Made by a program: the position numbers and the translations under genes. 64,000 bases of DNA from Lottia gigantea (lineage: Eukaryota): NCBI RefSeq assembly GCF_000327385.1, contig NW_008709380.1:1472552-1536551 (forward strand). Reading direction: 5' to 3'. Position 1 is the stretch's first letter; each line of letters starts with the position of its first letter. The notes under the pieces were generated by a model, which searched no databases, was not told where the DNA came from, and saw only the letters and a list, made by a program, of their open reading frames with translations. Shown here piece by piece: positions 13,238 to 24,900 of the stretch.

Positions 13238-13616
13238 CTACAATACATACAAAATAAGACATGATATTTATACTTAAAGGATATAATCTTTGTAAGACAT
13301 ATAGAAGTAGGAAGGTTACATTAAAACAATAAGATATATGGATATACTACTTCTGACTTTATTACATATTACGATATTTGACTTGGTAACATTAAATATG
13401 TTTCTAAACACAGAATGTAATAAACTCAAAAGATGTACATCCATACATTTTAGTGTTTTTCATAATATTTCTATTTCCAACTGATAAACCTCCATCTCAG
13501 CTATTAATATCACATTACAGAAATGAAAGCTGACGTTTGATCTCCTACAATTCAATAAACCGGTAAGTGCTCTACAGAATGTCATAAAACCCATGAAAAA
13601 AGGACAAGTTACTCAC

Positions 13617-13723
13617 CCTAATTGTGTTGTAACTAGAAATTTCATTAATAATAATTCTTGACCATGAACAAAAAATTCACTTGGTCTTTGACCTGTTTCT
13701 TCCACAAGCCAGCTCTCAAATTC
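13617..13723 (-). CDS. FBXO31: FBXO31-like exon (EFESWLVEETGQRPSEFFVHGQELLLMKFLVTTQL).
   Basis: Matches human [36 protein letters not shown]. Acceptor tcttattcttcag, donor gg|gtgagt. Confidence 0.9.
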
Positions 13724-13864
13724 CTGAAGAATAAGATTAAAAAAATGATCAGGAAGTAAAAATTAAAGCAAACATTTCATTTTCTGGGTTTTTTTAACAC
13801 CAAAACATAGACTACAAACAATGTGCAAAATTCTTTTCTTTGCATTCAGTTATTTTTGCCTTAC

Positions 13865-13936
13865 CTTTTGTTTACCTTCAGGATGTTTGTGTCTGTCGGA
13901 ATCAGAACAATGGAATTTAACAGTTCCAGCTTCTGT
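13865..13936 (-). CDS. FBXO31: FBXO31-like exon (TEAGTVKFHCSDSDRHKHPEGKQK).
   Basis: Aligns with human [23 protein letters not shown]. Acceptor atattttgtag, donor aag|gtaagg. Confidence 0.8.
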
Positions 13937-14099
13937 CTACAAAATATATTTCACAAAGATTAGAGTTAGAATGTCAATGACATTTTCAGGAATTTCTTGT
14001 GTCAGACATATAACATGACATACATGTATATAAGAATTTCAATGATGAAGTACTGCTGTAATGTATTTTCAGCTGTTAATGGTTATGATATATCTTGGT

Positions 14100-14875
14100 A
14101 TTTAACCAGAATGAGGTCTATCAAAACCTTATATCATAGAACTAGGAGGAGGTCTATCAAACCCCTATATCATAGAACTAGGAGGAGGTCTATCAAAACC
14201 TTTATAACATAGAACTAGGAGGAGATCTATCAAAACCTCTATAACATAGAACTAGGAGGAGGTCTATCAAAACCTCTATAATATAGAACAAGGAGGAGGT
14301 CTATCAAAACCTCTATAACATAGAACTCGGAGGAGATCTATCAAAACCTCTATAACATAGAACTAGGATGAGGTCTATCAAAACCTCTATAACATAGAAC
14401 TGAGGAGGTCTATCAAAACCTCTATAACATAGAACTAGGAGGAGGTCTATCAAAACCTCTATAACATAAAACTAGGTGGAGGTCTATCAAAACCTCTATA
14501 ACATAAAACTAGGAGGAGCTCTATCAAAACCTCTATAACATGGAACTAGGTGGAGGGTCTATCAAAAACTCTATAACATAGAACTAGGAGGAGATCTATC
14601 AAAACCTCTATAACATAGAACTCGGAGGAGGTCTATCAAAACCTCTATAACATAAAACTAAGAGGAGCTCTACCAATACCTCTATAACATAGAACAAGGT
14701 CGATGTCTTATCAAAACCTCTATAACATACAACTAGGAGGAGGTCTATCAAAACCTTTTTAAACATAGAACTATGAGGTCTATCAAAGCCTCTATAACAT
14801 AGAACTTACCCACTGTATAGAACTAGGATGAGGCCTATCAAAACCTCTATAACATAAGATTTCTTCATGAGTCGT
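14100..14875. repeat. Minisatellite of about 21 copies of a 37-bp unit (aactaggaggaggtctatcaaaacctctataacatag) in the FBXO31 intron, continuous with the 3' end of exon 3.
   Basis: Read directly. The units are imperfect and contiguous, with no spacers. Confidence 0.9.
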
Positions 14876-14983
14876 ATCTTCAGACAATTGAATAGAAAAT
14901 AGTACTTTTTTTCGTAGATTATGATAAACATCAGGATCTACTGGAGCAAAACATTCTTCTCCTATTATTCTTCCATCCCTTAA
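14810..14983 (-). CDS. FBXO31: FBXO31-like exon 3 (LRDGRIIGEECFAPVDPDVYHNLRKKVLFSIQLSEDTTHEEI, then LCYRGFDRPHPSSIQW). The last ~48 nt are one unit of the adjacent 37-bp minisatellite, ending at a consensus donor CAGTGG|GTAAGT.
   Basis: Aligns with human [38 protein letters not shown]. Only this donor gives phase 0 into the next exon. Acceptor tttacttag. Confidence 0.7.
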
Positions 14984-15207
14984 CTAAGTAAATATATAAC
15001 AAATTTCATTAGTCCACTTCAAGAAAATAAAATAAAAACTCAAAATCTTACAATATAACGATCAATGCTTATAAGCATTCATGGCAGAAGATATAGACAT
15101 TATAAAACAATGACCACTTAAATTATACTTTGGAGCTAATAAATAGTAAAAAAAGAGCATAAACTAACCATTGAAAAAAACTTACAATATTATTATTATT
15201 ACAGTAC

Positions 15208-15319
15208 CTTAATATGTAGTAATCCACCATATGAACCCATCTCAGGCTGCCAAATTCCCAGCATATCTTTATATTTATGTAATACTAGATAAGAATAAAA
15301 TGAACACAAATTGTTTTTC
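15208..15319 (-). CDS. FBXO31: FBXO31-like exon 2 (KNNLCSFYSYLVLHKYKDMLGIWQPEMGSYGGLLHIK).
   Basis: Matches human [28 protein letters not shown]. Acceptor catacttcag, donor aag|gtactg. Confidence 0.85.
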
Positions 15320-15864
15320 CTGAAGTATGATTTACTGTAAAGAGATGTTCCGATTGAATCATTTAAAAAAATGCCAGCAATGTATGCAGAGTTTTCATTG
15401 TAACTAGTAAAAGCTTTACCTTTGGTGTATACATCTTTATAAGAACCATCATAACAACCAATATGATTTTTGATATTAAACTCTATAAACAAACAAATTA
15501 TCATTTATACTACCGGTAGACATAATACCACTAGAAAATTGTTATCATTAACTGTGGTGGGCTTTGAAACAAACTTTCAATAAGCTTATTTATCAAGAGT
15601 GTAAGCACTATCAGAATTCTTTAGTACAGGGATTCATGATGGTAGCAAGTAGGTTATAGGCTACTAAGCAGTAGCATAAGCTTATTCATGGGCCTATCCT
15701 TTAATGGCTTTAAAAGAATGGGCTTTAATATAATTAAAACAAGCAATTGAGTAAGAAAAGCCAGGTATTAATTATTATCTACTTCTGATATAGATCTATA
15801 ATTAGAACAGTTCTCTGATAATCACGAATAGGTTAGAGTTAAAAATGTAAAACCAACTATCTAC

Positions 15865-16024
15865 CTGATTTAATCAAATTTTGCCACACAATTTCTTGAT
15901 CAGCAACTTCGTTGAGCTTTGTACATGTCTGGCACACACTAGAAACATCAGTTGCGGGTAAATAACTCAGAATATTTAATAGTAATTCAGGTGGAAGGTC
16001 TAAAATGTGAAATTTTGCAGCCAT
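15865..16024 (-). CDS. FBXO31: FBXO31-like exon 1 with ATG and F-box (MAAKFHILDLPPELLLNILSYLPATDVSSVCQTCTKLNEVADQEIVWQNLIKS).
   Basis: Canonical F-box LPPELLL..IL..L motif aligning with human [30 protein letters not shown]. Donor cag|gtagat. Its phase (1) does not match exon 2 (phase 2), so a micro-exon in between is probably missing from this model. Confidence 0.75.
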
Positions 16025-16689
16025 GTTTGTTTACGTTATACAACTTACTATCTAACTTCCAAGGGGTGCAACTATACACTAAACTAGGACAACAGTTAAT
16101 TCGTCATTTCATTTTTGCAATGTACGCCTACAGATTGTAGGGTTCAATACCAAGTTTTGAAAGATGAAAAAACATTCCGACACTTTAATTGCAGACTGAG
16201 TCATAAATATTATGCATCACTAGGTCTTTCCCAGAGACTCCTCTTGATAAGGTATTGGGTCTAATATTCCTTACACCTGCCATAGACCAACTAATATATA
16301 TTCTATATTTCTATAATACTTCAATTATCAATGTAAAAGGTATCAAATGGGTCTGAAACTTTTGCTGAATTGAGATCCAATAAAATGAAAGAAAAACAAA
16401 TGTAAAATTAATAAATATATTTATTAAATAAAGTACGGTAACAAAAACAAGAGCTGTCAGGGAGTATCAAAGCTCCCTATTTCATTGAAGATGGCGATTT
16501 TCCCTGGTTATTACTGATTTTATACTAAAAACTTGTATAAATAACAATAAAAACACAGCTATCTAAAAATATCAATAGAAAAATAATACAATATTAGTCT
16601 TTTGATTTCTCTTTTTAAAATTCTTGTCAAAATTTTTATTTTTTATAGTATGATCTGTATGATTTTATTTAATTATATCTACAATTTCT

Positions 16690-16865
16690 ATGGTTTTTCA
16701 AATTTTTCAGTGTTATGCTATTTCAATTTTCAGAGTTATGTTATTTCAAATTTTCAGTGTTATGCTATTTCAAATTTTCAGAGGTACCGGTATGTTATTT
16801 CAAATTTTCAGAGTTATGTTTATCAAATTTTCAGTGTTATGTTATTTCAAATTTTTAGTGTAAAA
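16690..16865. repeat. Tandem repeat of about 6 copies of a roughly 27-bp unit (gttatg[c]tatttcaaattttcag[a/t]g).
   Basis: Read directly. Confidence 0.8.
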
Positions 16866-18544
16866 TTATAAAAAGAGAAATTAAGGCTTTAATAATAAAT
16901 GTGTATACTATAGTCCTTAAAACATTTTTGTATAATCCATGATTTTATTTCCACTTAATTTGTCATTTTCTTTGACACCAACTTGAAATGTTAAGATCAA
17001 TTTCTATTATAAATGGGCACATATAAATTCAAGTGCAGAATATCTATATTATTAGAAAAGGATTCAAATAATTAATTCTTCTTTTGAAAGAAAGCTTCTA
17101 TAAAAACAAAACAATTTTAAAGACTATAGTCATACTAGTATAAATAGTGAAAAAGTTATTCTTAACAACACTGTTCCTTGCTATATAAATTGAGTTTGAA
17201 TTTGAATTTGAAGCGAACGTTAACTTGTCATCTACCTACCTACCTACCTATTAATATTTCTGGGAAGTTATTTGATCAAAGCACTGCAAGTTATTATATT
17301 GAACATATTTTTAAATCAGTCATTTTACATACTACCATAATATTAAAACCAAATGTTTGACAAAGACTTTTCGTCTTATGAATACTCTAGTGTCACCATA
17401 TAATTCTTAAGGGACAAAAATATCACATGAAAGATGGTACAAAGATTTCTAATAATGTGATCTGTTTTCACACCCACTTTTAAACTTATTGAGGTTTGTT
17501 ATTCATCTCTTAAAAATAAGGTAAATTATTAATTTTAAATCACATACAATATTAATTAGTTTGTTTCCTAATTTAAAAGCAACATACAATTTTTCCTACT
17601 TTTCTTACTATAAATAATTTGTCTTCAGAAAATTTACAACTTGTGAGAAAGTTAACTAAAAGCATATCAATTTCGTTTTCTTTCTTGTCATGTTTTAATT
17701 GCATTGATCTATTTCAGATGTTCTTTAATCTTGTTGCATTTTTTTTTCATCTTTTTTATTTTTTTTTTTTATAACAAAAACAATAATATTTACAATAAAT
17801 CCAATGCCATACTACCCTTATATTTTACAATCAAATATACATAAAATAAAAAAAATATTTACATATTGAAGTTCAACACAATATTTACAAAGTCATATAT
17901 GAAATTCACTGCATTTGGTATATAGAAATTAATAAGCTTTCAATTCTAGAAACATTAACTACAAAATTCAATTTACACCAGAATTTGGCTTTCTGTCACT
18001 GTATCAACGCTAAGGATAAATTATTAAAATACACCATATTTGAAATTATAAATAAAACTTGATCACAATATGTTTGACATTTCCGAATATCACTAATCAT
18101 TCATATAACTTATATATACAATCTAAGGTTATATACAAAAATTATAAGTTCAATTTTTCACATCCATAGTAAGTTACAATCAATTGATATATTTCTGTAC
18201 AAAATTTCACTTCCACATCATATAATTTTAAAAACACAATCTAATGTTATATACAAAAATTATACATTCAATTATACACATACACAGTAATTCATAACTA
18301 ATAGTTATAATTAATAGTTCCACTGTAATATATTCACATTTCCTAGTATATCTCCACACATCAATTTGATACTATTTACTGTATTGGTATTGAGGTGACA
18401 TAATGTTGATACTGGAGCTGTATTTATAAACATTCCAACCTAAATAACATAAAAATACATAAATAATACAACCAATTACACCTAAACCATTTGTATAAAA
18501 AATCCTTAACATTTTCAACAGGTTACAAAAGAATTTATATGAAA

Positions 18545-18730
18545 AAAAAATCTCAACAAATAAAACTCTTCTCTTCAGTTAAATCCTATAGAAATATGAA
18601 AAAAATCCCAACAAATAAAACTCTTCTCTTCAGTTAAATCCTATAGAAATATGAAAAAAATCCCAACAAATAAAACTCTTCTCTTCAGTTAAATCCTATA
18701 GAAATATGAAAAAAATCCCAACAAATAAAA
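18545..18730. repeat. Tandem repeat of about 3.5 copies of a 56-bp unit (gaaaaaaatcccaacaaataaaactcttctcttcagttaaatcctatagaaatat), immediately 3' of the last recognised TEP1 exon.
   Basis: Read directly. Confidence 0.85.
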
Positions 18731-18774
18731 TTCTTAGCAAGTCACAAAATATAAAGAAAATTATGATAGGTTGA

Positions 18775-18990
18775 GATATACAGACCTGAGCTCCTTCCAT
18801 CTTCCATGATTTGATAGCCTCCATTTTCCAGACTTTAATCAAACAGTCAGATGAGGCAGTAAATAAAAAATCTCCACATTTTAATACACAATTTATACCT
18901 CCATTATGTATCTGAAAATAAAACAAGTCATATTTTCTATCAAAAGATATATTTTTTGGTATGTGTAAAAAGTTTTTCGAAATCAAAGCA
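18775..18990 (-). CDS. TEP1: Most 3' TEP1 WD40 exon seen (…[41 protein letters not shown]). A GT follows at about 18775. The true terminal exon or stop is unresolved.
   Basis: Aligns with human SVTALHVLPELLVTASKDRDVKLWERPSMQLLGLFRCEG near the C-terminus. Confidence 0.6.
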
Positions 18991-21900
18991 AGTCTTTGCT
19001 AAATAGACGCCATGAATAGAACCAACAATTCTAAACAGATTTTGGCATGCAAGTAACATAAAATTGCCTCATAATATTTCCAGTTTTCATGTATCCTCAT
19101 TTCATTTCAATGGAGATGGCTAATTTGGAAAATAAAGAGGAAAGATTATTTAAATATATCATAATATATAATAACCTCTTACCTTCATAGATTTTAAATC
19201 ATGACCTTTCATTAGAGTCAGCTGACCTTTTGAATCACCAATAAAAGTAAAAGTACCATCAATATCTGATGATAAGATCCAATTAGCTTCTCGTTTCTCC
19301 ACTGTTATATGACTTTCATCTACAGTAATTGGTATACTGGTACTGTTCAAACTATATTCCATCTACAATAAATTCACCAGTGTGTAGCTTATGTAACAGT
19401 TTAGGAAATAAGTAAAGATAATGCTTTTAAGGTGAGGTGCAATTTATAATTGGCATTAAGAAGGCTTAACAAGTCAAATGCTTGTTTGGAAATCAAACTG
19501 TTCAATCCTGGCATAGGTGATACCCTTAAATTTTTTCGACCCAACTTTCCTCTGTCATGCAGCTCAAGGGGCTAATATGCAAAAAATTCAGAAAGGACAA
19601 TTATCTGAGGCCCCAAAAACAAAGTTAGTGGAATTTACGATCCCTGAACAGTTGAAAATAAGTAAAATAATTGGATAATGCTGGTTTCCTTCCGCTCGGA
19701 TGAATAAAAAAAGAAAAATTGAACTAACCATCTGTTGAAGATCGATACAAACTATAGCCGAGTCAACTCTACGTATCATTAATCTGTTAGAATTAGAAGC
19801 AAACTTCATCTTCAGAGCTGATGTTAGAGGTAATTCTGGTGTCTGTATTAACCTAGAAGACAATACAATACATCATGGTGATTATCAATAGCACTTGGTG
19901 GTTCAGTGTCTGAAATTCTGATGACTTTGTAAAAATGGTTCTTTCTTTAATTCTATCTTTCTTTCACACCATATGATCAATTAAAATGAGATATTTCATT
20001 ATGATATAAATTATTCTTCAATAATAGTTCAAGTCCATACCAAGAATATTCATGTATTTTGGTATTGAGATTACAGCCTTTTACTCTACCATTCCATTCC
20101 AGTACCCATATAAAATGTATATATTCTAGAGGTTGTTTATCACTCCACGTTACTGAGAGTATAGGGTTCTCTACCATTATCTCATCTGTACATCTGAAAT
20201 ATAGAAATAAATCATATTGATTTGTTGATATGTCCAAGTCAACTAAGGACACATCAAACCTTGACATTAGGTCAAGGTCAAGAGTAATATTGCATGATTT
20301 AAGAGCATTATTAAGAATATCAAAGAGCAAAAGGTCATGAGGTCAAGGTCAATGAAAATGAGGCCAAAGTCAAAGATTATCTCATATGGTTTATAAGTTT
20401 ATCACCTATAATAAAAGGTCATTAGATCAAGGTGAAACGTTATTAGGACAAGTTCTTTTACATGATATAACAATATTATTAACTATATCAAAGAGTCAAG
20501 ATCAAGAGACATGAGGTCAAGGTCAAAAGTAATGAGGTCAAGGCCAAGAGCTACATAACATGGTTTATCAACATCATTAACTGAAAATATAGATACTAAC
20601 TTGACAGCAATATCACCAGTTTTATTTGATATATTCCAGATCTTTATTAAACCACTATATGATACTGTGACAAATCTTGTACTTTTATTCTGTAGAAATA
20701 CAGCATCACTGACACATTTCTCATCAGCCTGAAAAATGATATATCATCCATTCAAATATAATTTTATACACATTTATATATTATTGTTCTACTCACCTCT
20801 TATTAGATAAATTCCACATCTCTATGTGCCAAGTTGTATTTGAGCAATATTGCAGAACATTGGAACATGCATGTTAAAGTATAGAAATGTGATAATAGTG
20901 AAAAATATGAAACTGAAATAAAATTTCTTGTCTACCTGGAAACTACAGACACAAACTTTACTCTGGTTACCATTATCTTGCCATATCTTAACTATACCAT
21001 CTCTATAATATATCATAACATTACAAATAATCTAACTACTGGAATTTAAGAAATTATGTGAAAAAGATACACAAAAATATTAAGCCTATTTACACATATT
21101 TAAACCTATGAGATGTTACTGCTGAAGTTATAAGAATCTGAATCATTTTTTACATTAGAAAGAAATGAGCTACATTTACAACCTCCTACTGAGCTTGGGC
21201 AAACAAAGACAAGCCTCACAATGCATGATAAATAGATAGAGATATCCCAGATGGAGACATAAGCTTCCTTTATTCAATTTCAAGTAGTCTAGGTTTCTTT
21301 AATGTGCATGGCTTTAATCATAGGGGTCTCTTAACCAACCAATTAGACACTTTTTCCATTTCATTCTTCCATAACCAAGATAGTATCAATTTGAAGAAAA
21401 ACACTTCCTATTTTCACAAAGCCTTCACACTCTTCTCTATAAATCTTATGATACTTCAGAGAATTATGTTAATGAAGTACATACCTGCTACCAGTGAGAG
21501 CTATATCACCATATTTACTAACTACAGTGAAGGTTATATCACTATCATGTTGTCCTATTGATTTAATATTACTCAGTTCTGGTTTCCATAATTTAATAGA
21601 TTTATCTAATGATGTAGAGCAGACATTACCAGCTGTATCTGTAGCTACAGACACTACTCTATCAGAATGTCCAGTTAATGATGCCAATTCATTTGCCTGA
21701 AAAATAAATGAATCAATGTAGGCTAGTCAGGCATTGATACGCTAAAAAAAATTGCATTTTAACATGTGACCTAATGTAGCCTACATGTTTTTTTATATCT
21801 GGTTTGATTCTATTATGCCAGGATCATCTTAAAACCCATCCAGAAATCATGTTTCAGTAAAAATTATTAAAGAAGAACATGTTGTTTTTCAAATGTTCAG

Positions 21901-24900
21901 GGTTTGAAGTTTCATTAGTTAAAACTGCCTAATACAAATCATTTAACTTAAGAATAATCTTAACTCACTTGGAGAGGTTTCCAGATTCTAATAAGACCAT
22001 CATCACTACAAGTAGCTACAATAACATCTGATACTACAGGCTCTGGTTGTTTACTGGCTAGCTTAGCTTTTTTAGGACTGGAATCATTATCTACCATAGT
22101 CGCCCAGTCCATTTCATCTTCTTCTACATCTTCTGTCATCACACCTTTACCTGAACAACATGAACATGAAGTGTTATAATAAAACAACATATAATCCTGT
22201 CAATATTAATTCGGAAGGGACATAACTTGTTGCCTACAAGTCCTTCAGATAGGCAATCAATCATACGACTGGCTGTCTTCGAAATTTAGGTCAAAATTCC
22301 AGAGTAAAAATCCAAACAACTCATAGAATGTTTACCTTCTTTAAACTTGACATGTATAGAACAATCATTTACTCTTTGTGTATGTCCATATAAGGTAGTG
22401 ATCTCTGTTCCTTTATGAGACCAGACTTTAACATTACCATCACTGCTTCCAGATACAATACAACCATACTGAAAATACAGTTCAATTGGAGTAATGTTTA
22501 AATAAACACAAACAAGTAACAATTTTTACCTAATTTTTTGTGCTTTGTGTGAACTCATATTTTAACATCAGTGCATGTCGGTCAAGTTAAGTGCTTGCTA
22601 CTGCCGTCAAGTGCCAACCGCTGTGGCTACAACCCTGGTTGTAATATAGATTTATTGGGCATTGGTTTATAACCTTTAAGCACAGATATAAGTAAGTCAT
22701 AAACCAACCTGATAATCTACACAGTTTATCGCTGACATATGACCAGTAAATTTCATCTTTTCTGTAGTTTTATTTTCATCACCATCTTTTAAGTTCAAAT
22801 TCCAAATCTTCATGTTAAAATCATTAGAAGCTGTTAACTGAAATGACAAAACAACAGTCAACTAAGGAATGCTTCATATTCCAACAGGGGCTAAAACCTA
22901 AACTACACTTGTGATCCATGATCTGATGACATTCTTCCTTCAGTCTTGTTCTGTTGAATTTTGACCCAACAAAATCAATAGTTATGCTAACCAACAAAAA
23001 GGTGATAAGGCAATTGAACAGAGCATTTGATTAGTTGAATAATAAATGTCCCAGAACATGAGATTCATAATAATTTTGTCAGATCAGGGATGACAAGTGG
23101 AATCACTCTAGAAAGCACAGGGAAAAAAAGTCTAAATTTCTAATTTATGAAAATAAATATTTGAAACAGATATGACATTGTTAAAAACTTCATAATCATA
23201 CGTACCAACATATTGCCTGTATTAGACCAAATACAACCATTAATCCAATCAGAGTGACATGATCGTAAATGTTGAAATGGTGGTGCATCAGAATCCACTG
23301 AAACCCATTTTACTTCCCATATCATAACAGACTGAAATATAACATAAACACTGGTATCATTACTAACAAGACTTCAAGGTATATATTTTCATCAATTTTC
23401 TTAAGATGAAAAGGCAGATAAAGCAATTGCAATATTCTTGAAAACTTGCCTAAAATTTTTTAATCAACTGATAGGTCAATCACTATAATTGATGTTAAAT
23501 TCAATTTGTAAGTATAAGGTCCAAGATAAAAGAACACACCTTGCTAACAATCTAACTATCTAACCAACAAGCCATGCATTTTTTGATCAATTCTGAAACT
23601 GGAGTGAGATGAATGTAAATCAACAGATAAGAACTTACCCCATCTCTACTAGCTGAAGCAAACATTGAACCATTCTTATTAAATGTACAGCTAGTAACTG
23701 GTGCTTGGTGATGATGTAATAAGGCTGCTGGTGGAATACTGAAATACACATTGTAAAACTTAAACACTGTCAGCTTGTATTATTGCACCATTTGATAAGT
23801 TGTCTCAATGTTACTAAAAATTGTAATATTTTGACTACCTACATTATTTTACACTAAACTATCTATGAACATATTTAGTCACCTTTTATAGGCCAATATA
23901 AAACTGCAATGGTGTTCAAATGACGTTATTTTTGCTAACAATGACAAATTGTGAGATAGGGAAAACAAAAGGCTGTCATATTAGATAGCAAGAAATAGGC
24001 TTTGACTAAGTAATGTTATCAGAAGGAACAAGTCAACTTAAATCTTGATTTCTCAAAGATATACTAGTAGATCAACGCCATCAAACCTTTGATACAGATT
24101 CATTGAAAGAAAATATTGCAATTTTGAGATCTATTCTAGCTATCTAGTGACATAGGTAGCTAAAAAAAATAGCCAGCGTTAACAAACTTTACTTACAGTC
24201 GAGATGTTTTTAACTGTGACAAATCATCATAGACACAAATAATAGAATCTTCCCCTCCACTGACTATATAGTTTTTAGAGGTAGCTATAGTTAATACATT
24301 CTTACTATGACCTGTTAATACACTCACTTTCTGACCACTAGATCTTGTACATAACTACAATAAACCAAAAAAATATTGTTACCACATATATACAAATGAA
24401 CACTTGTGGTCTAAAGCGAATGAAAATGTCTGTAATCTCAGTAGCAGGGTGACATCAGAACAGGCAGTATTGAGTTTTATAGAAGAAATACTCTCCTATA
24501 AAAGCCAGGCCGAGGAATTGAAATATAAAAAAATAATGCCTACCATTACATTCTCACTATCCACACCAATAAGTAAATTATTATCATCAGCTGTAAATGT
24601 TATGGCACTCACTGGACAGGAGCTATGTTTTACAGTGTATATATTAGCACCTACAATAAAACAACCAATAAATATTGGATTAAATCAAAATCTTTGGAAA
24701 TCTATTCGGTTAATTGAATTTTCACAATGAGAAGCTATTTCTATCTGTGTCTAATACCTTGACTGCAGTAATCTCCTTTTTTGTATCACAGCGATTGGAT
24801 TGAATGGTAGCAAATACAGCCAATCATAGTCCCTGATTTCATGTGCAGACAAATTGTTTACATTCTTTCTTTCAAGGGTTTTGATTGGCTGCAGTTGCTA

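Noticed and set aside
14100-14875. Possibility that the regularly spaced 37-bp repeats, and those at 53.6-55.1 kb, are a CRISPR array
   Set aside because: The units are contiguous with no unique spacers, the context is eukaryotic and intron-rich, and there are no cas genes. They are minisatellites.
12673-15504. Initial impression of GT61-glycosyltransferase or JmjC-like motifs (GGHG…LP, DPDVYHNL)
   Set aside because: These were superseded once the F-box exon was found. All blocks align colinearly with FBXO31, so the resemblances were spurious.
16602-16871. 89-aa ORF (MISLFKILVKIFIFYSMICMILFNY…)
   Set aside because: It lies entirely within the 27-bp tandem repeat and AT-rich spacer and codes only by chance.
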